A stretch of DNA of 64,000 bases from Nitrospira lenta. GTDB lineage: Bacteria > Nitrospirota > Nitrospiria > Nitrospirales > Nitrospiraceae. The stretch covers positions 3,123 to 67,122 of the forward strand of contig CAMDPZ010000002.1 in NCBI GenBank assembly GCA_945905765.1, in the 5' to 3' direction. Under the pieces are notes generated by a model that saw only the letters and a program-made list of their open reading frames with translations, did not search any database and was not told the DNA's origin. Both the position numbers and the translations under genes were made by a program. Of the stretch, positions 1-9,739 are shown piece after piece (the first letter of the stretch is position 1; every line of letters starts with the position of its first letter).

Positions 1-422
1 CGCATTTCCTGGTCGTGCATCTTCCTGAGGCTGGCCGAGCTGGCATCGCTCAGGGTTGGACATCGAAGGAATATCGCGAAGCCCTTCGCTCGGTGGATAA
101 GGCGATCAATTCCGTATTGGATCTCTATAAAGAAAAAGGACTGATCAAGGGAACGACCCTGTTCGTGACCTCGCTCAGCGCTGAGGGCCGGGATCCTGGC
201 CAGGACCAGGCTGACGCAGCCGTGCCGATGGTGCCCTGGATCGCCTCGGGGGTGGGGATCAAGCATGGTTATGCGATCCACCAGCCTGTCTCTATTTTAG
301 ATACGGGCGCGACCGTGATGCGGACGCTGGGATTGCAGACCCATACAGAATGGGAAAGCCATGCCGTGGAAGAAATCTTTCAGGCGGACTTTGTCGCATC
401 TCCCAAAGTATCCCTGGAGTAG
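1..422 (+). CDS. alkaline-phosphatase-superfamily (ENPP/sulfatase-like) protein, C-terminal fragment; 5' end outside the window
   Basis: The frame is open from the window edge to TAG at 420-422. The tail ...TTLFVTSLSAEGRD...VPMVPWIASGVGIKHGY...ILDTGATVMRTLGL resembles the C-terminal part of phosphodiesterase/phosphatase folds. The family call is by eye only. Confidence 0.4.
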   Translation, partial: HFLVVHLPEAGRAGIAQGWTSKEYREALRSVDKAINSVLDLYKEKGLIKGTTLFVTSLSAEGRDPGQDQADAAVPMVPWIASGVGIKHGYAIHQPVSILDTGATVMRTLGLQTHTEWESHAVEEIFQADFVASPKVSLE

Positions 423-430
423 GTCTCAGC

Positions 431-865
431 ATGCAGAATGTAAAACGGTACATGATGGGTTGTCTGGCGGGAGGGTTGCTGAGCTCCGCGACGGTCTTTT
501 CGGCCATCGCGGCCGGTCCTCCTGCTGCCTATACGCAGGAACATGTCATCACCGTCGACGCGACGAAGATTAATCCTCAGACTTGGTGGTATGTGCCAGG
601 CGTCACTCCACCCATCCAGGCCTCGGACCCCGAGTCTATGGATGCCTACAGAACGACCGAGTCCCGCGCGCTCAAATTGAAGCCGGGCAAATATAAGTTC
701 ATCAGTTTCACTTTCGATTTTCCCTTTACGGTGAATCTGGAGGGAAAGTTGGAGATTGCCCAGTCCCTCGACCAATGTGTGGAGGGACGAGGGACCCAGA
801 CCTTAACCATCCGTTGCAGCCGGACCTATCCGCACGGCGGCCAGCGCGATAACTACTATCCGTAG
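431..865 (+). CDS. secreted hypothetical protein (signal peptide)
   Basis: ATG at 431. The N-terminus MQNVKRYMMGCLAGGLLSSATVFSAIAAGPPA looks like a signal peptide. Only 13 nt (containing AGGAG) separate it from the next gene. Confidence 0.55.
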   Translation: MQNVKRYMMGCLAGGLLSSATVFSAIAAGPPAAYTQEHVITVDATKINPQTWWYVPGVTPPIQASDPESMDAYRTTESRALKLKPGKYKFISFTFDFPFTVNLEGKLEIAQSLDQCVEGRGTQTLTIRCSRTYPHGGQRDNYYP

Positions 866-878
866 AGGAGCGGCACCC

Positions 879-2243
879 ATGGCCCAGGCGCTTGATGATC
901 TCTTAGAAGCACTCGAGGATGCCGACGATGCCACCCGCGAAGAGGCGGCCAAGGCCCTCGCCGAACTGGCAAATCCCGCCACGTTGGACGCGCTGATCGG
1001 CGCCTGCGGGGACGAGTATTGGACCGTGCGGGCCCATGCGGGCCGTGGCGCGGCCAAGATCGGCGGGCCCAAAGCCGTGGAAGCGCTTATCGTCCTGTTC
1101 AACGACTCCACCATGGATGTGCGGAACGATGCCGTCGAGGCCATGGCCTCGATGGGAGCCGTGACGGTCGATCGCCTGATCGCCGCATTGAAGGACGAGC
1201 GGTGGCGCGTCCGTGAACATGCCGCGAAAACCTGCGGCGAAATCAAAGACCCGAAAGCCGTCGAGGCCCTCATGCTCGTCTGTCGCGATCGCGACGGCGC
1301 CGTGAAGAGCGCGGCGGCAGAGGCGCTGGGCAAGATTCGCGATCCCAAAGCGATCCCGGCCCTGACCAAACTATTCCGCGATCCCTCGAAAACCGTGCGA
1401 GAAACAGCCGGGACCGCCCTCATCTCGATCGGCCAGCCTTCCGTCGATCCGCTGATGGAATGTCTCACGGATAAAGATTTTATCGTCCGGTGCCATGCAG
1501 CCCGCGCGCTCGGCGGGATGACCACCGACTATCAAATCGGCCGGACCTGGGTGCGGGACTCCAAGGTCGTCGACATTCTGATTGCCACGTTGAAAGATCC
1601 GGACCGGGCCGTCCGCGAAGATGCCACGATCGCTCTGGGCCAGATCGGCGATCCGCGGGCCATCGATGCGTTGATTGAAGCGATGAAGGACGGGGTCGTG
1701 AAACGGCATGCCATTGCCTCGCTCGGCATGATCGGCGATCCTCGCGCCCTGCCTCCGGTGCTGGATGCGTTGAAGGGGAAGGGCATTCGCCAGGATGGAA
1801 CCCCGACTCCCGGCTGTATCGTCAGTGAGGACGCCTTTATCAAGGAAGCGGCGGCGACGGCGTTGGGTCAGTTCCGCGATCCGCGCGTCATTCCCGATTT
1901 GATCATGCTCTTGAAGGATGGAGTCTTGCGTGAAAAGGCCAGCGCCGCCCTGGCGACCATCGGCGATACGGCGATCGAGCCATTGATTGCCTTTTTGTAT
2001 GATCCGAAAGCCTCTGAAGTGATTAAAGAAGGAGAGCGAGTGCTGTCCTACGCGTCGGTCCGACTCACGGCGAAAGATGCGTTGCGGCAATTGACGCTGG
2101 AGACTCTTGAGAAATTGGGCTGGATGCCGGCGCCGGAAGACATCACCGTCAATTCGAGCGTGGTCGACAATGCCCGGGTGGACATGCCCCTCGGCGATAC
2201 GGGCCGATTCGGTCCGTCGGGAGATTTTGCTCAACGAGGTTAG
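879..2243 (+). CDS. HEAT / PBS-lyase-like repeat protein (454 aa)
   Basis: Reiterated units of about 31 aa such as D.D..VR..AA.ALG.IGDPRA...LI.AL.D run through the whole protein. Confidence 0.85.
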   Translation: MAQALDDLLEALEDADDATREEAAKALAELANPATLDALIGACGDEYWTVRAHAGRGAAKIGGPKAVEALIVLFNDSTMDVRNDAVEAMASMGAVTVDRLIAALKDERWRVREHAAKTCGEIKDPKAVEALMLVCRDRDGAVKSAAAEALGKIRDPKAIPALTKLFRDPSKTVRETAGTALISIGQPSVDPLMECLTDKDFIVRCHAARALGGMTTDYQIGRTWVRDSKVVDILIATLKDPDRAVREDATIALGQIGDPRAIDALIEAMKDGVVKRHAIASLGMIGDPRALPPVLDALKGKGIRQDGTPTPGCIVSEDAFIKEAAATALGQFRDPRVIPDLIMLLKDGVLREKASAALATIGDTAIEPLIAFLYDPKASEVIKEGERVLSYASVRLTAKDALRQLTLETLEKLGWMPAPEDITVNSSVVDNARVDMPLGDTGRFGPSGDFAQRG

Positions 2244-2258
2244 CAGGCTACGAACGAT

Positions 2259-3341
2259 ATGGCAGACGCAGTAGCCGAACAGATCGCGGCGCTCAAGGAC
2301 GAAGATTGGGCGATTCGTGAAGAGGCCGCCACGATGCTGGGACGGCTGCGTGATCCGAGGGCGGTGGCGCCGTTGGTTTCTGTGTTGCGTGACGGTGATC
2401 GCGCGGTGCGCGATGCGGCGACTGGCGCCCTCTTATCTATCGGAGAGCCGGCCGTGACGACGTTGGGGGCTTGCCTCTCCGATCCGGTGCTCACAGTTCA
2501 GGAGTTGGCCTCGTCGGTGCTGGCCGCTATTGCCGATGTGCGGGTGCTCGCGCCACTCATCAAGGCGCTCAAGAGCCCCGACTGGATCGTGCGGATGCAT
2601 GCGGCCAAAGCGTTAGGGCGGATTCAAGATCCTGGATCGGTGGCGCCGCTGGTGCCGTTGTTACAGGACAAGGTGAAGGCCGTGCGCGAGGAAACCTCGA
2701 CGGCCCTTGCGGCGATCGGGGAGGCGGCCCTCTCGTCACTGCTCGATGCGCTGACCCATACGGAATGGCTCGTGCGGTTGCATGCGGTCGAGGCCTTGGG
2801 AAAAACCAGGTCTCCGGAGGCGGTGGACCCTCTGCTATCGGTGCTCTTCAACGATCGGGACCGGGCAGTTCGCGAGGATGCAGTCCGCGCATTGGGTCAG
2901 ATCGGGGATGCGCGAGCCGTCGAGTTTCTGGTGACGGCGATGAACACAACCGGGCTGCGGCCTCTGGCGGTTGAGGCGTTGGGCCGGATCGGTCACCGTT
3001 CTGCGGTGCCAATGTTGATTGCGGTCATTGAGCGAGTGGATCAACCGGAGGCGGCGCGCCCGATCGATGGCTGCGGCGATCAGTGGGATGAAGAAATCCT
3101 GACGATGGGCGCGGCGGTCAGGGCCTTGGGCACGATCCGGGACGAAGCGGCCATCCCGTCGCTCATGAAGGCGCTCCGCTATACGGTGACGCGGGCGGAA
3201 GCAGCGGAGGCGCTGACCCGATTCGGGGATGTCGTGATTGCGCCGTTGCTGGCCGTGCTGACCCGTGAGTCGGATGACAATATTCTCTACCATGTCAAAG
3301 ATACCCTGGCCAGAGTGGGCTGGCGGGCTGGGCGGGTGTAG
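2259..3341 (+). CDS. HEAT / PBS-lyase-like repeat protein (360 aa)
   Basis: Same repeat (LKDEDWAIREEAATMLGRLRDPRAVAPLV...). The gap to the upstream gene is 15 nt. Confidence 0.85.
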   Translation: MADAVAEQIAALKDEDWAIREEAATMLGRLRDPRAVAPLVSVLRDGDRAVRDAATGALLSIGEPAVTTLGACLSDPVLTVQELASSVLAAIADVRVLAPLIKALKSPDWIVRMHAAKALGRIQDPGSVAPLVPLLQDKVKAVREETSTALAAIGEAALSSLLDALTHTEWLVRLHAVEALGKTRSPEAVDPLLSVLFNDRDRAVREDAVRALGQIGDARAVEFLVTAMNTTGLRPLAVEALGRIGHRSAVPMLIAVIERVDQPEAARPIDGCGDQWDEEILTMGAAVRALGTIRDEAAIPSLMKALRYTVTRAEAAEALTRFGDVVIAPLLAVLTRESDDNILYHVKDTLARVGWRAGRV

Positions 3342-3358
3342 CGGGCCGCGGAAATATT

Positions 3359-4459
3359 ATGGCGAAAGAAACAATTGAAACGCTGGTATCCGAGCTCGTC
3401 CATGAAGAGGATTGGCGACGGATGAGAGCGACGGCGGCCTGCCTGTCCGGCGGCCCCCGCGCGGTGCAGGCGTTGGTCGAGGTGCTGGCGACCGGTGCGC
3501 CGGCGCTGAAAGCCGAAGTGGCTGCGATGTTGGCTCGCGTGAACGATCCGCAAGCCGGTGTGCCTCTGGTCGGTTTGCTCCGCGATGAAGATGCCGCGGT
3601 CCGCAAGGCCGGCGCATCGGCGCTGGAACATATGGCCGGTGTGCTGGACGAGACGACCGCCGCGGCTCTGACCTCCCTGCTCTATGAATCGAAGGATGAG
3701 GAGACTCGCCTGGTGGCCTCGCAGTTGTTGGGGGTGATTCCCAATGCCATCGGGCCATTGAGCGCGCTGCTGACCCATCAAGATCCAGAAGCGCAGATCA
3801 TGGCCGCGACGATGTTGGAGCGTCTGCTCGACCCCCGGTCGTCGGATGCCTTTATCGCGGCCATGGGGCAGCCGGCCATTCGCGACATTGCCGTGCGGAC
3901 GCTGAAGAAGTTGACCGCCATTCGTGAGCGCATCAACGAGGTCTTCGACAATCTTCGCGAGATTGAAGAGCTGAGCGAACGGGAAGAGGCTCGCATGAGT
4001 ACCGTGATCAATCTGCTGGCCATCGGCCGTCCGAGCGTGGAGATCTTAATCGAGTATCTTGAGGACGATGATTGGGTCATCCGTGAAGCCGCGGCCGACT
4101 TGCTGGGTAAGATCGGCGATGTGCGCGCGGTGGAGCCGTTGATGGAGCGGCTGCGGAGCGATAAGGATACGGGCGTGAAGGAACTGGCGATGAAGTCGCT
4201 GGGCTTGATCGGCGATGCCAGGCCGGCGCAACTCTATATCGAGGCCATTCCCATTCGCCCCCTGCGGGTCTTTGCCATGGAAGCCTTGGCCAAAGTGAAG
4301 GATGTGGAAGTGCTGCGTCCGTACAAAGAATTGTTCGACCGGTTGAGGACAGACCGGGATGGCCTTGTCGCGTACAATTCAGGCTTGATTGCCGATAAAC
4401 TGGAAGCGCTCGACGGGACGCCTGTCGGGAGTCAGGGAGGGCAGGACGACGATGAGTGA
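3359..4459 (+). CDS. HEAT-repeat protein (366 aa), more divergent repeats
   Basis: Repeats such as LEDDDWVIREAAADLLGKIGDVRAVEPLMERLRSDKD. The gap to the upstream gene is 17 nt. Confidence 0.8.
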   Translation: MAKETIETLVSELVHEEDWRRMRATAACLSGGPRAVQALVEVLATGAPALKAEVAAMLARVNDPQAGVPLVGLLRDEDAAVRKAGASALEHMAGVLDETTAAALTSLLYESKDEETRLVASQLLGVIPNAIGPLSALLTHQDPEAQIMAATMLERLLDPRSSDAFIAAMGQPAIRDIAVRTLKKLTAIRERINEVFDNLREIEELSEREEARMSTVINLLAIGRPSVEILIEYLEDDDWVIREAAADLLGKIGDVRAVEPLMERLRSDKDTGVKELAMKSLGLIGDARPAQLYIEAIPIRPLRVFAMEALAKVKDVEVLRPYKELFDRLRTDRDGLVAYNSGLIADKLEALDGTPVGSQGGQDDDE

Positions 4460-5216
4460 CCATGTGCAGGCGGAACGGATCGAACAACTGATCGGAGCTC
4501 TTCGGGACGACAACGAAGCGCTTCGTGACCATGCGATTGCCAGTTTGAGTCAGGTGGGTGAGGACGCAGTGGGGCCGCTGATCGCGCTCATGGCGGACGA
4601 AGATGTGTTGATCAGGGAAGCGGCGACTAGCGCGATCGTGCGAATCGGTCCCACCGTCGTCGATCCCTTGATCGAGGCGCTGACGGACGATGAATGGGCG
4701 ATTCGCGAACAGGCGGCGGCCGGGTTGGGGAAGCTGAAAGATCCGCGGGGTATCGATCCCCTCGTGAAGGCGCTCAAGGACAAAGATGGCGCGGTGCGGA
4801 CCGCTGCCGTGTGGGCGCTGGAGCGTATTGGCGATGCCCGGGCGGTGCCGGGGTTGATCGAGGCGCTGACCGATAACACGGTGCGCGAGGACGTGGCGCG
4901 GGTGCTGAAAAAGATCGGCGATGCGCGGGCCGTAGACGCTTTGATCGAGGGACTCTTGGGCAATAATTGGATGGTGCGGCGCCATGCGGCCGAAGCCCTG
5001 GGTAAGATCGGCGATGCGCGCGGAGTCGGCCCCTTGATCGAATCGCTCAAGGATGAAGATTGGCTCGTGCGGCGGAATGCGGCGGAGTCGCTTGCGCGGC
5101 TCGGGGCGAAGGAAGCGATCGATCCCTTGCTCCCGCTGCTCGAAGATGAGAACACGATGGTGCAGGAAACGGTCGAGGGTGTCTTGGCAAGTTTCGGATG
5201 GAAAGCAAAGCCGTAA
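4452..5216 (+). CDS. HEAT / PBS-lyase-like repeat protein (about 254 aa)
   Basis: ATG at 4452 overlaps the stop of the previous gene (4457-4459). About eight canonical repeats (LTDDEWAIREQAAAGLGKLKDPRGIDPLVKALKDKD...). Confidence 0.8.
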   Translation: MSDHVQAERIEQLIGALRDDNEALRDHAIASLSQVGEDAVGPLIALMADEDVLIREAATSAIVRIGPTVVDPLIEALTDDEWAIREQAAAGLGKLKDPRGIDPLVKALKDKDGAVRTAAVWALERIGDARAVPGLIEALTDNTVREDVARVLKKIGDARAVDALIEGLLGNNWMVRRHAAEALGKIGDARGVGPLIESLKDEDWLVRRNAAESLARLGAKEAIDPLLPLLEDENTMVQETVEGVLASFGWKAKP

Positions 5217-5245
5217 TCTTTATTTCGAGGTAAAGGATATACATC

Positions 5246-5956
5246 ATGGCGGATGAAGCTCCTCCAAAGTTGATTCAGATCGGTCCGAAGGGCGGCGTGA
5301 AGAAGGACGGGTTTAACCTCGTGACGGAACGGGTCGTCGCGGTGAACCCTGAGACGAAGCAGATCGAAGTCGAACTGTTGGCCTACGACGGCAAGACGGT
5401 GGTGCTGGATGTGGACGACGAGGCGCTTGAAGAGCTGAAGAAGCTCAAGGTCGGGGATGGCGCCACGATCCGCGTCGTTGAAGAAGGCGGCAAGCGGGTT
5501 GCCAAGAGTTTCCGGATTCGCGCGAAGGATCCCAATGCGGCGCGCGCTGACGCGATGCTGCTGGATCTGAAAGACAGCCATTGGCTCAATCGGAAATATG
5601 CGGCGGAAGTGTTAGGTGAACTGAAAGAAGTGCGCGCCGTGCGGCCCCTGGTCGATGCCTTGGCCGATGAAGTCGGCGATGTCCGGCAGCGCGCCTACGA
5701 TTCCTTGATCAAAATTGGCGGGCCGGCTGTGGCCTCGCTCGTGCCCCTGCTGGTGTCGGAGGAAGATGAGCTCCGGCAATCCGTGACGGAAATCATCCGG
5801 AAGATTGGCAAGCCAGCCGTCGAGCCCTTGGCCACCGCGCTGGCCGATGCAGACGATCGCTTGAAGACGCGGGTGATGAAGGTCTTGGACCGGATGGGCT
5901 ATAAGCCGAAAACGAAAGAGGAAGCCAAAGAAGCTGAAGCGCCGCGACTGACCTAA
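5246..5956 (+). CDS. protein with a unique N-terminal domain of about 95 aa plus C-terminal HEAT repeats
   Basis: The N-terminus has no repeat character (PKLIQIGPKGGVKKDGFNLV...GATIRVVEEGGKRVAKSFRI). The C-terminus is LKDSHWLNRKYAAEVLGELKEVRAVRPLVDALADEVGDVRQRA... Confidence 0.75.
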   Translation: MADEAPPKLIQIGPKGGVKKDGFNLVTERVVAVNPETKQIEVELLAYDGKTVVLDVDDEALEELKKLKVGDGATIRVVEEGGKRVAKSFRIRAKDPNAARADAMLLDLKDSHWLNRKYAAEVLGELKEVRAVRPLVDALADEVGDVRQRAYDSLIKIGGPAVASLVPLLVSEEDELRQSVTEIIRKIGKPAVEPLATALADADDRLKTRVMKVLDRMGYKPKTKEEAKEAEAPRLT

Positions 5957-5963
5957 CGCATTG

Positions 5964-7289
5964 CTACTTGGCCTGCGAAGGCGCCTTGCTGGGTCTCCCG
6001 ACCGAAATATGCCGGAAGCCGAAGCCCGCGATTCGGTCGGGATCATAGACATTGCGCAGGTCGAAGAAGAGGGGCTGCCGCAAGAGGGTCTTCAGTCTGT
6101 CGAAATCGAGGGTCCGGAACTGATTCCATTCGGTCATGAGAATCAAGGCATCCGCTCCCTCTGCTGTCTCGTACGCGTCTTTGCAGGGGACGAGGACTGT
6201 CACGATCTGGCAGGCTTCCTCCAGCGCGGCAGGATCGTAGGCGCGAACCGTGGCGCCCTGTTTGATGAGTTCCTGCGCAATGGCCAAGGCCGGCGCATCC
6301 CGTAAATCGTTGGTGTTGGGCTTGAAGGAGAGGCCCAGCATCGCGAAGGTCTTGCCCTTGAGCCCCCCCGTTTCCTTCGTAATCTTTTCAATCATCCTGG
6401 TCCGCTGTTGCTCGTTGACGAGGGCTGCGGCTCCTGCGATCTGCATGGGGTAGCCGACTCGTTCCCCCGTCTGGACGAGCGCGGCCAGATCTTTTGGAAA
6501 ACAGGATCCACCGAATCCCGGTCCTGCATGGAGAAATTTCGACCCGATCCGGTTGTCGAGGCCCATCCCTTTCGCCACCATCTGCACGTCGGCGCCGACC
6601 CGTTCACAGACGGTCGCGATTTCGTTGATGAAGGAAATTTTGGTGGCGAGGAAGGCGTTAGAGGCGTACTTGATCATTTCGGCCGTCGGGATATCGGTCA
6701 CGACGAAGGGCGTTTCGATAAGGTAGAGCGGACGATAGAGATCTTTCATGATCGCAATGGCCTGCTCGCTGTCTGCGCCGATGACGACCCGGTTCGGCCT
6801 CATGAAGTCTTCGATGGCGGACCCTTCACGGAGGAACTCAGGGTTGGAGACGATGTCGAAGCGGAACTTGCCCGATTGGTTGGCGTTGATCACTTCGCGC
6901 AGCTTTTCGCCTGTTCCCACCGGGACGGTCGATTTGGTAACGATGACTTTGTAGCCGGTCATGTTTCTGGCGATGCCGCGGCCCACTTCTTCGACGTAGG
7001 AGAGATCGGCCGACCCGTCCGCTCGCGGCGGGGTGCCGACTGCAATGAAGATGACCAGGGCCTTGTCGACGGCCTTGGCAACGTCGGTGGTAAAGCTGAT
7101 CCGGTTTTCTCTGATGCCTTTGGCGACGAGCTCTGAGATTCCCGGTTCATAGAAGGGCACATCGCCCTTCTCCAGTCTGGCGATCCGCTTGGCATCTGTG
7201 TCCATACAGGTCACGGTCACGCCGAATTCCGAAAAACAGGCTCCTGTGACTAGTCCGACGTAGCCGGTTCCAATGACACTGATATGCAT
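5964..7289 (-). CDS. ugd: UDP-glucose 6-dehydrogenase
   Basis: Rossmann N-terminus MHISVIGTGYVGLVTGACF and catalytic-Cys motif GGSCFPKD. ATG at 7289 is preceded by AGGAGG. The track ORF extends to 7337, but that start lacks these features. Confidence 0.9.
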   Translation of the reverse strand: MHISVIGTGYVGLVTGACFSEFGVTVTCMDTDAKRIARLEKGDVPFYEPGISELVAKGIRENRISFTTDVAKAVDKALVIFIAVGTPPRADGSADLSYVEEVGRGIARNMTGYKVIVTKSTVPVGTGEKLREVINANQSGKFRFDIVSNPEFLREGSAIEDFMRPNRVVIGADSEQAIAIMKDLYRPLYLIETPFVVTDIPTAEMIKYASNAFLATKISFINEIATVCERVGADVQMVAKGMGLDNRIGSKFLHAGPGFGGSCFPKDLAALVQTGERVGYPMQIAGAAALVNEQQRTRMIEKITKETGGLKGKTFAMLGLSFKPNTNDLRDAPALAIAQELIKQGATVRAYDPAALEEACQIVTVLVPCKDAYETAEGADALILMTEWNQFRTLDFDRLKTLLRQPLFFDLRNVYDPDRIAGFGFRHISVGRPSKAPSQAK

Positions 7290-7455
7290 GGGTTGCGGGC
7301 CTCCTGTAACAAGAACGGTCGGGGGCGAGTATAGCAATGGGATCGGGGGCGAGCAACGACGTTATTGCCGCTCCCGCCCATCGGGAGGAACCGTTCGTTG
7401 ACAGCTGTTCGGGGGCTGAGTAGTATTTGCCCCCTCAATCGGATGGACCAACCGT

Positions 7456-7866
7456 ATGGCGAATCAGAACGGACCGTTGCAGCGACCTCTTGTCGTGATG
7501 ATGTGCCGGACCTTGCGCACGATCGGTCCTGATGCGACCTTGCTGGAAGCGGCCCGGGCGATGCGTGAGGCGAAGGTCGGCGCTTTGTTGGTGTGCGAGG
7601 CAGGCCGGTACAGTGGTCTGGTCAGCGAGTCTGATTTGGTGCGCAAGGGGATGGCCGAGGCCCAGTCGGCGGAACAGACGCTGGTCCGTGCCGTGATGAG
7701 CAGTCCGCTGCTGTCGATCGATAGCGCCAGTTCGGCCCATGCGGCGAGTGAAATCATGGCGGAGCAGGGGATTCGGCATCTGGCAGTTTCCGATGAGGGG
7801 CAGATCGTCGGGATCATCTCGATTCGAGATCTATTGCGGTATTTTAAGAACTGGGGCGGTCTGTGA
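7456..7866 (+). CDS. CBS-domain pair protein
   Basis: Two CBS-like units (TIGPDATLLEAARAMREAKVGALLV... and IRHLAVSDEGQIVGIISIRDLL). Confidence 0.8.
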   Translation: MANQNGPLQRPLVVMMCRTLRTIGPDATLLEAARAMREAKVGALLVCEAGRYSGLVSESDLVRKGMAEAQSAEQTLVRAVMSSPLLSIDSASSAHAASEIMAEQGIRHLAVSDEGQIVGIISIRDLLRYFKNWGGL

Positions 7867-7915
7867 CCGCGCCGGAGGATGTTTTTCTCTCACCTGTTCG
7901 TTCTATTTGAGGCCT

Positions 7916-9478
7916 ATGAATCGATCCACGCACATTCCTCGCTGGTTTTTGTTGACGACGGCATTGGTGACCGGCGCCGTCGTCATGGCGCTTGAAATTC
8001 TTGGCAGCCGGCTCCTGGCACCGGTTTTCGGAAATTCATTGTTCGTCTGGGGGGCGTTGATCGGAGTGATCCTTGCCGCTATGAGCGGCGGCTATGCCTT
8101 TGGCGGCTGGGTCTCCGATCGCTATCGCGGGGCGCAGGTGCTGGCAGGCTTGCTGTTGTTCTCCGGATCCTGGACCTTTTTAATCGCCTGGCTCGGCCAG
8201 CCTGTACTCTTTTCTGTGGCGGCGGCCATTGAGGATCCCCGGTGGGGTCCCTGCGTGGCGGCGGCTCTGCTCCTGGGCCCGCCGGCCTTCGGTCTGAGCG
8301 GCGTGCTGCCGGCCATGTTGCGATTGGCTGTGTCGGATCTTGAATATTTCGGCCGGCATACAGGCCGGATGATCGCGCTCTCGACGATGGGGAGTTTGCT
8401 GGGAACCTGGGGAACGGCATTTTTCTTTTTATCCTGGCTCGGTAGCCAGGCGCTCGTTGCCTGGCTTGGCGCCATTCAAGTGGGGCTCGGTCTCTGGTGG
8501 TTGATCCGGGGGACGACCGCCCGGCCCGTCGTGATCGGTCTACTCATCCTCTGTGTCGGAGGCTTGGGGGCCGGAGCCCTGTCGCCGATTCAGAAATTGA
8601 AGCTGCCGGTCTATCAGGAAGACAGCCCCTACCAGCAAGTCAGAATCCGTGATGATGATCTGTTCCGTTATCTCGTTCTGGATCGGACGTTTCATGCGGT
8701 CATGTGGAAGGCGGACCCGGCCACGTTGTTCCTCCCGTACAGTCAGTTGATGGTCGCGTCGCTGGCCTTGGTGCCGGAGCCGAAGCAGGGCTTGATCTTA
8801 GGCCATGGAGGCGGATCGCTGGCCAAGTGGCTTGCGCAGCGGTGGCCTGAACTTGAAATGGATGTGGTCGAGTTCGATCCAGTGGTCGTCCGTATGGCTG
8901 AAGAGTATTTTTCCTATCAGCCCCCTCCACAGCATCATGTGCATGTTCGGGACGCCAGGGTCTTCCTGAATTCTACAGAGCGGCGGTACGATTTTATTTG
9001 GGTCGATGCCTTCGCGCGGCACATGATTCCTTTTCATCTCACGACTGTAGAGTTCTTCGCCGAGTTGCGCGCCCATCTGACGCCGAACGGAATCCTCGCG
9101 GTGAATCTCGCGTCATCCGGCGAGGGAGGAGATCTGTCGCGGGCCAATGCAGTCGTGCAGACGATGAAACGGTCGTTTCCTTCTATCGAGTCTTTTGCCG
9201 TCAAGGGGCCTTGGAAATCGGCTCAGACGAAATCGGAGAATCTGATTTTTTTCGCCGGGGCGCCGATCGAGCAGCATAACCTCACCACCATTGCGGATCA
9301 GGTGAACCGATTGGTTGAGCAACAGCGGCTTCCGTTCGAGGCCCTTGCCTTGCTGTCGGGCCATCGCGCGCAGCCCTGGGGGGCTGGCATCGTGCTCACT
9401 GACGACTATGCGCCGTACGATCTCTTGATGGGGTCCGCAGTTCAAGAAGCGCCTCCTGAAGTAGGGGCCGTGAACTAA
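7916..9478 (+). CDS. fused polytopic membrane domain / spermidine-synthase-like methyltransferase-fold protein
   Basis: ATG at 7916 (MNRSTHIPRWFLL...). The N-terminal half has multiple hydrophobic spans. The C-terminal half has GLILGHGGGSLAKWL and YDFIWVDAF, typical of spermidine-synthase-family folds. Confidence 0.7.
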   Translation: MNRSTHIPRWFLLTTALVTGAVVMALEILGSRLLAPVFGNSLFVWGALIGVILAAMSGGYAFGGWVSDRYRGAQVLAGLLLFSGSWTFLIAWLGQPVLFSVAAAIEDPRWGPCVAAALLLGPPAFGLSGVLPAMLRLAVSDLEYFGRHTGRMIALSTMGSLLGTWGTAFFFLSWLGSQALVAWLGAIQVGLGLWWLIRGTTARPVVIGLLILCVGGLGAGALSPIQKLKLPVYQEDSPYQQVRIRDDDLFRYLVLDRTFHAVMWKADPATLFLPYSQLMVASLALVPEPKQGLILGHGGGSLAKWLAQRWPELEMDVVEFDPVVVRMAEEYFSYQPPPQHHVHVRDARVFLNSTERRYDFIWVDAFARHMIPFHLTTVEFFAELRAHLTPNGILAVNLASSGEGGDLSRANAVVQTMKRSFPSIESFAVKGPWKSAQTKSENLIFFAGAPIEQHNLTTIADQVNRLVEQQRLPFEALALLSGHRAQPWGAGIVLTDDYAPYDLLMGSAVQEAPPEVGAVN

Positions 9479-9739
9479 GCTATTGAAATGGCTCAGAATA
9501 TTTACGTATTCGACCGTCTCGGTTGAGCAGCGGCCACCTGGAAATAGCTAGATTAACCTTCTTGCTTCCGTTTTCGTCGCTGTGCTATAAGGTTGCCTCT
9601 CGACGAGCGCAGAAGCGGGTACGAGAATGATTCGTAGATACAGATAAGTCGTTGTCAGCAAGGTCAAGGCTACGTGGGCTTGGCGGTAGGTATTTACCAA
9701 GCCTAATCACTCTCTTCTTCTTTCTTAAGGAGGTAGGTC

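Noticed and set aside
350-865. The longer track ORF starting at 350 for the first secreted protein, and the similar upstream-extended track ORFs at 7739, 23709, 24297, 39126, 39945, 40697 and 45177.
   Set aside because: The extensions overlap upstream genes or a tRNA or terminator, and they lack homology-like sequence. Internal starts give proper signal peptides or family N-termini and ribosome-binding sites, so I used the internal starts.
4077-4985. Long antisense ORFs opposite well-supported genes. Examples are 4077-4985(-), 16055-17788(-), 32236-33846(-), 40889-42772(-), 47593-49077(-) and 49135-50352(-).
   Set aside because: Their products are Arg/Pro/Gly/His-rich with no motifs. They lie exactly opposite genes with strong family signatures (HEAT, infB, hom, cysS/dedA, pilX/pilB). 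These are typical stop-poor shadow frames of GC-rich coding DNA.
879-5956. A periodic repeat of about 93 nt that could be mistaken for a repeat array or CRISPR.
   Set aside because: The periodicity is at the protein level (HEAT units) inside long ORFs. The repeats are degenerate at the DNA level and there is no repeat-spacer structure. I saw no CRISPR array anywhere in the window.
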